A stretch of DNA of 64,000 nucleotides from Chiloscyllium plagiosum (Eukaryota): contig NC_057749.1 in the NCBI RefSeq assembly GCF_004010195.1, positions 22,200,738-22,264,737 on the forward strand, given 5' to 3'. The position numbers and the translations under genes were made by a program. Below the pieces are notes generated by a model that had not been told where the DNA came from, did not search any database, and worked only from the letters and a program-made list of their open reading frames with translations. Shown here piece by piece: positions 63,755 through 64,000 of this stretch (position 1 is the stretch's first letter; each line of letters begins with the position of its first letter).

Positions 63755-63814
63755 CCGTGCATCCATATCGATCAGCTCATTATCGACCACATTGGAGGGA
63801 TCTGGACGATTCCC
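63755..63814 (-). CDS. Annexin (ANXA2/ANXA9-like) coding exon, 60 nt, GNRPDPSNVVDNELIDMDAR; most 5' exon visible
   Basis: ctttctgtgcacag acceptor and gtaggt donor, phase 0/0. Aligns to the ANXA2 repeat II-III linker ([20 protein letters not shown], from memory). Confidence 0.93.
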
Positions 63815-64000
63815 CTGTGCACAGAAAGACCACGTAAAATTCACACAGTCAAATTTAAATCCATGTCACACTTTGTTTATATAATTCTGGTCAAGCCATG
63901 GTCTGTGCTGTGGCCCGATTGATGTCTACAGTTGGACCACCTTCACCTCTAAATCCAATCTGTTTCCCTTTGTATTCTTTGACTATTCATGTTTCTTTCA

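Noticed and set aside
1..64000. Prokaryotic defence system, viral genes or horizontally acquired operon
   Set aside because: No long intact non-TE ORFs or operon structure; all recognisable coding fragments are annexin exons or TE remnants.

Overview
This is eukaryotic, repeat-dense genomic DNA, almost certainly from a cartilaginous fish (shark). That is an inference from HE1/V-SINEs, Deu-type SINEs, HER1/CR1 LINEs and shark-type Penelope-like elements. There are four assembly gaps. The only host gene I can support is the 3' half of an annexin on the minus strand: six spliced coding exons between 53089 and 63814, with the 5' part beyond the window. It is ANXA2-like, but its repeat III and IV calcium-binding motifs are degenerate and several residues resemble ANXA9. 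The rest is nested transposable elements: many CR1 LINE fragments, SINEs, Tigger-like MITEs, and GIY-YIG Penelope-like elements (PLEs) carrying minimal hammerhead-ribozyme-like cores. Several ~100-130 bp PLE-derived mini-insertions start at that core and have 12-14 bp target-site duplications (TSDs). A truncated Gmr1-type Ty3/Gypsy element (protease then integrase) sits inside a ~4.2 kb 8-bp satellite that matches the CR1 3' tail motif. Repeat boundaries are read by eye and approximate; annexin exon boundaries were checked base by base. Reference protein sequences are quoted from memory, not from a search.
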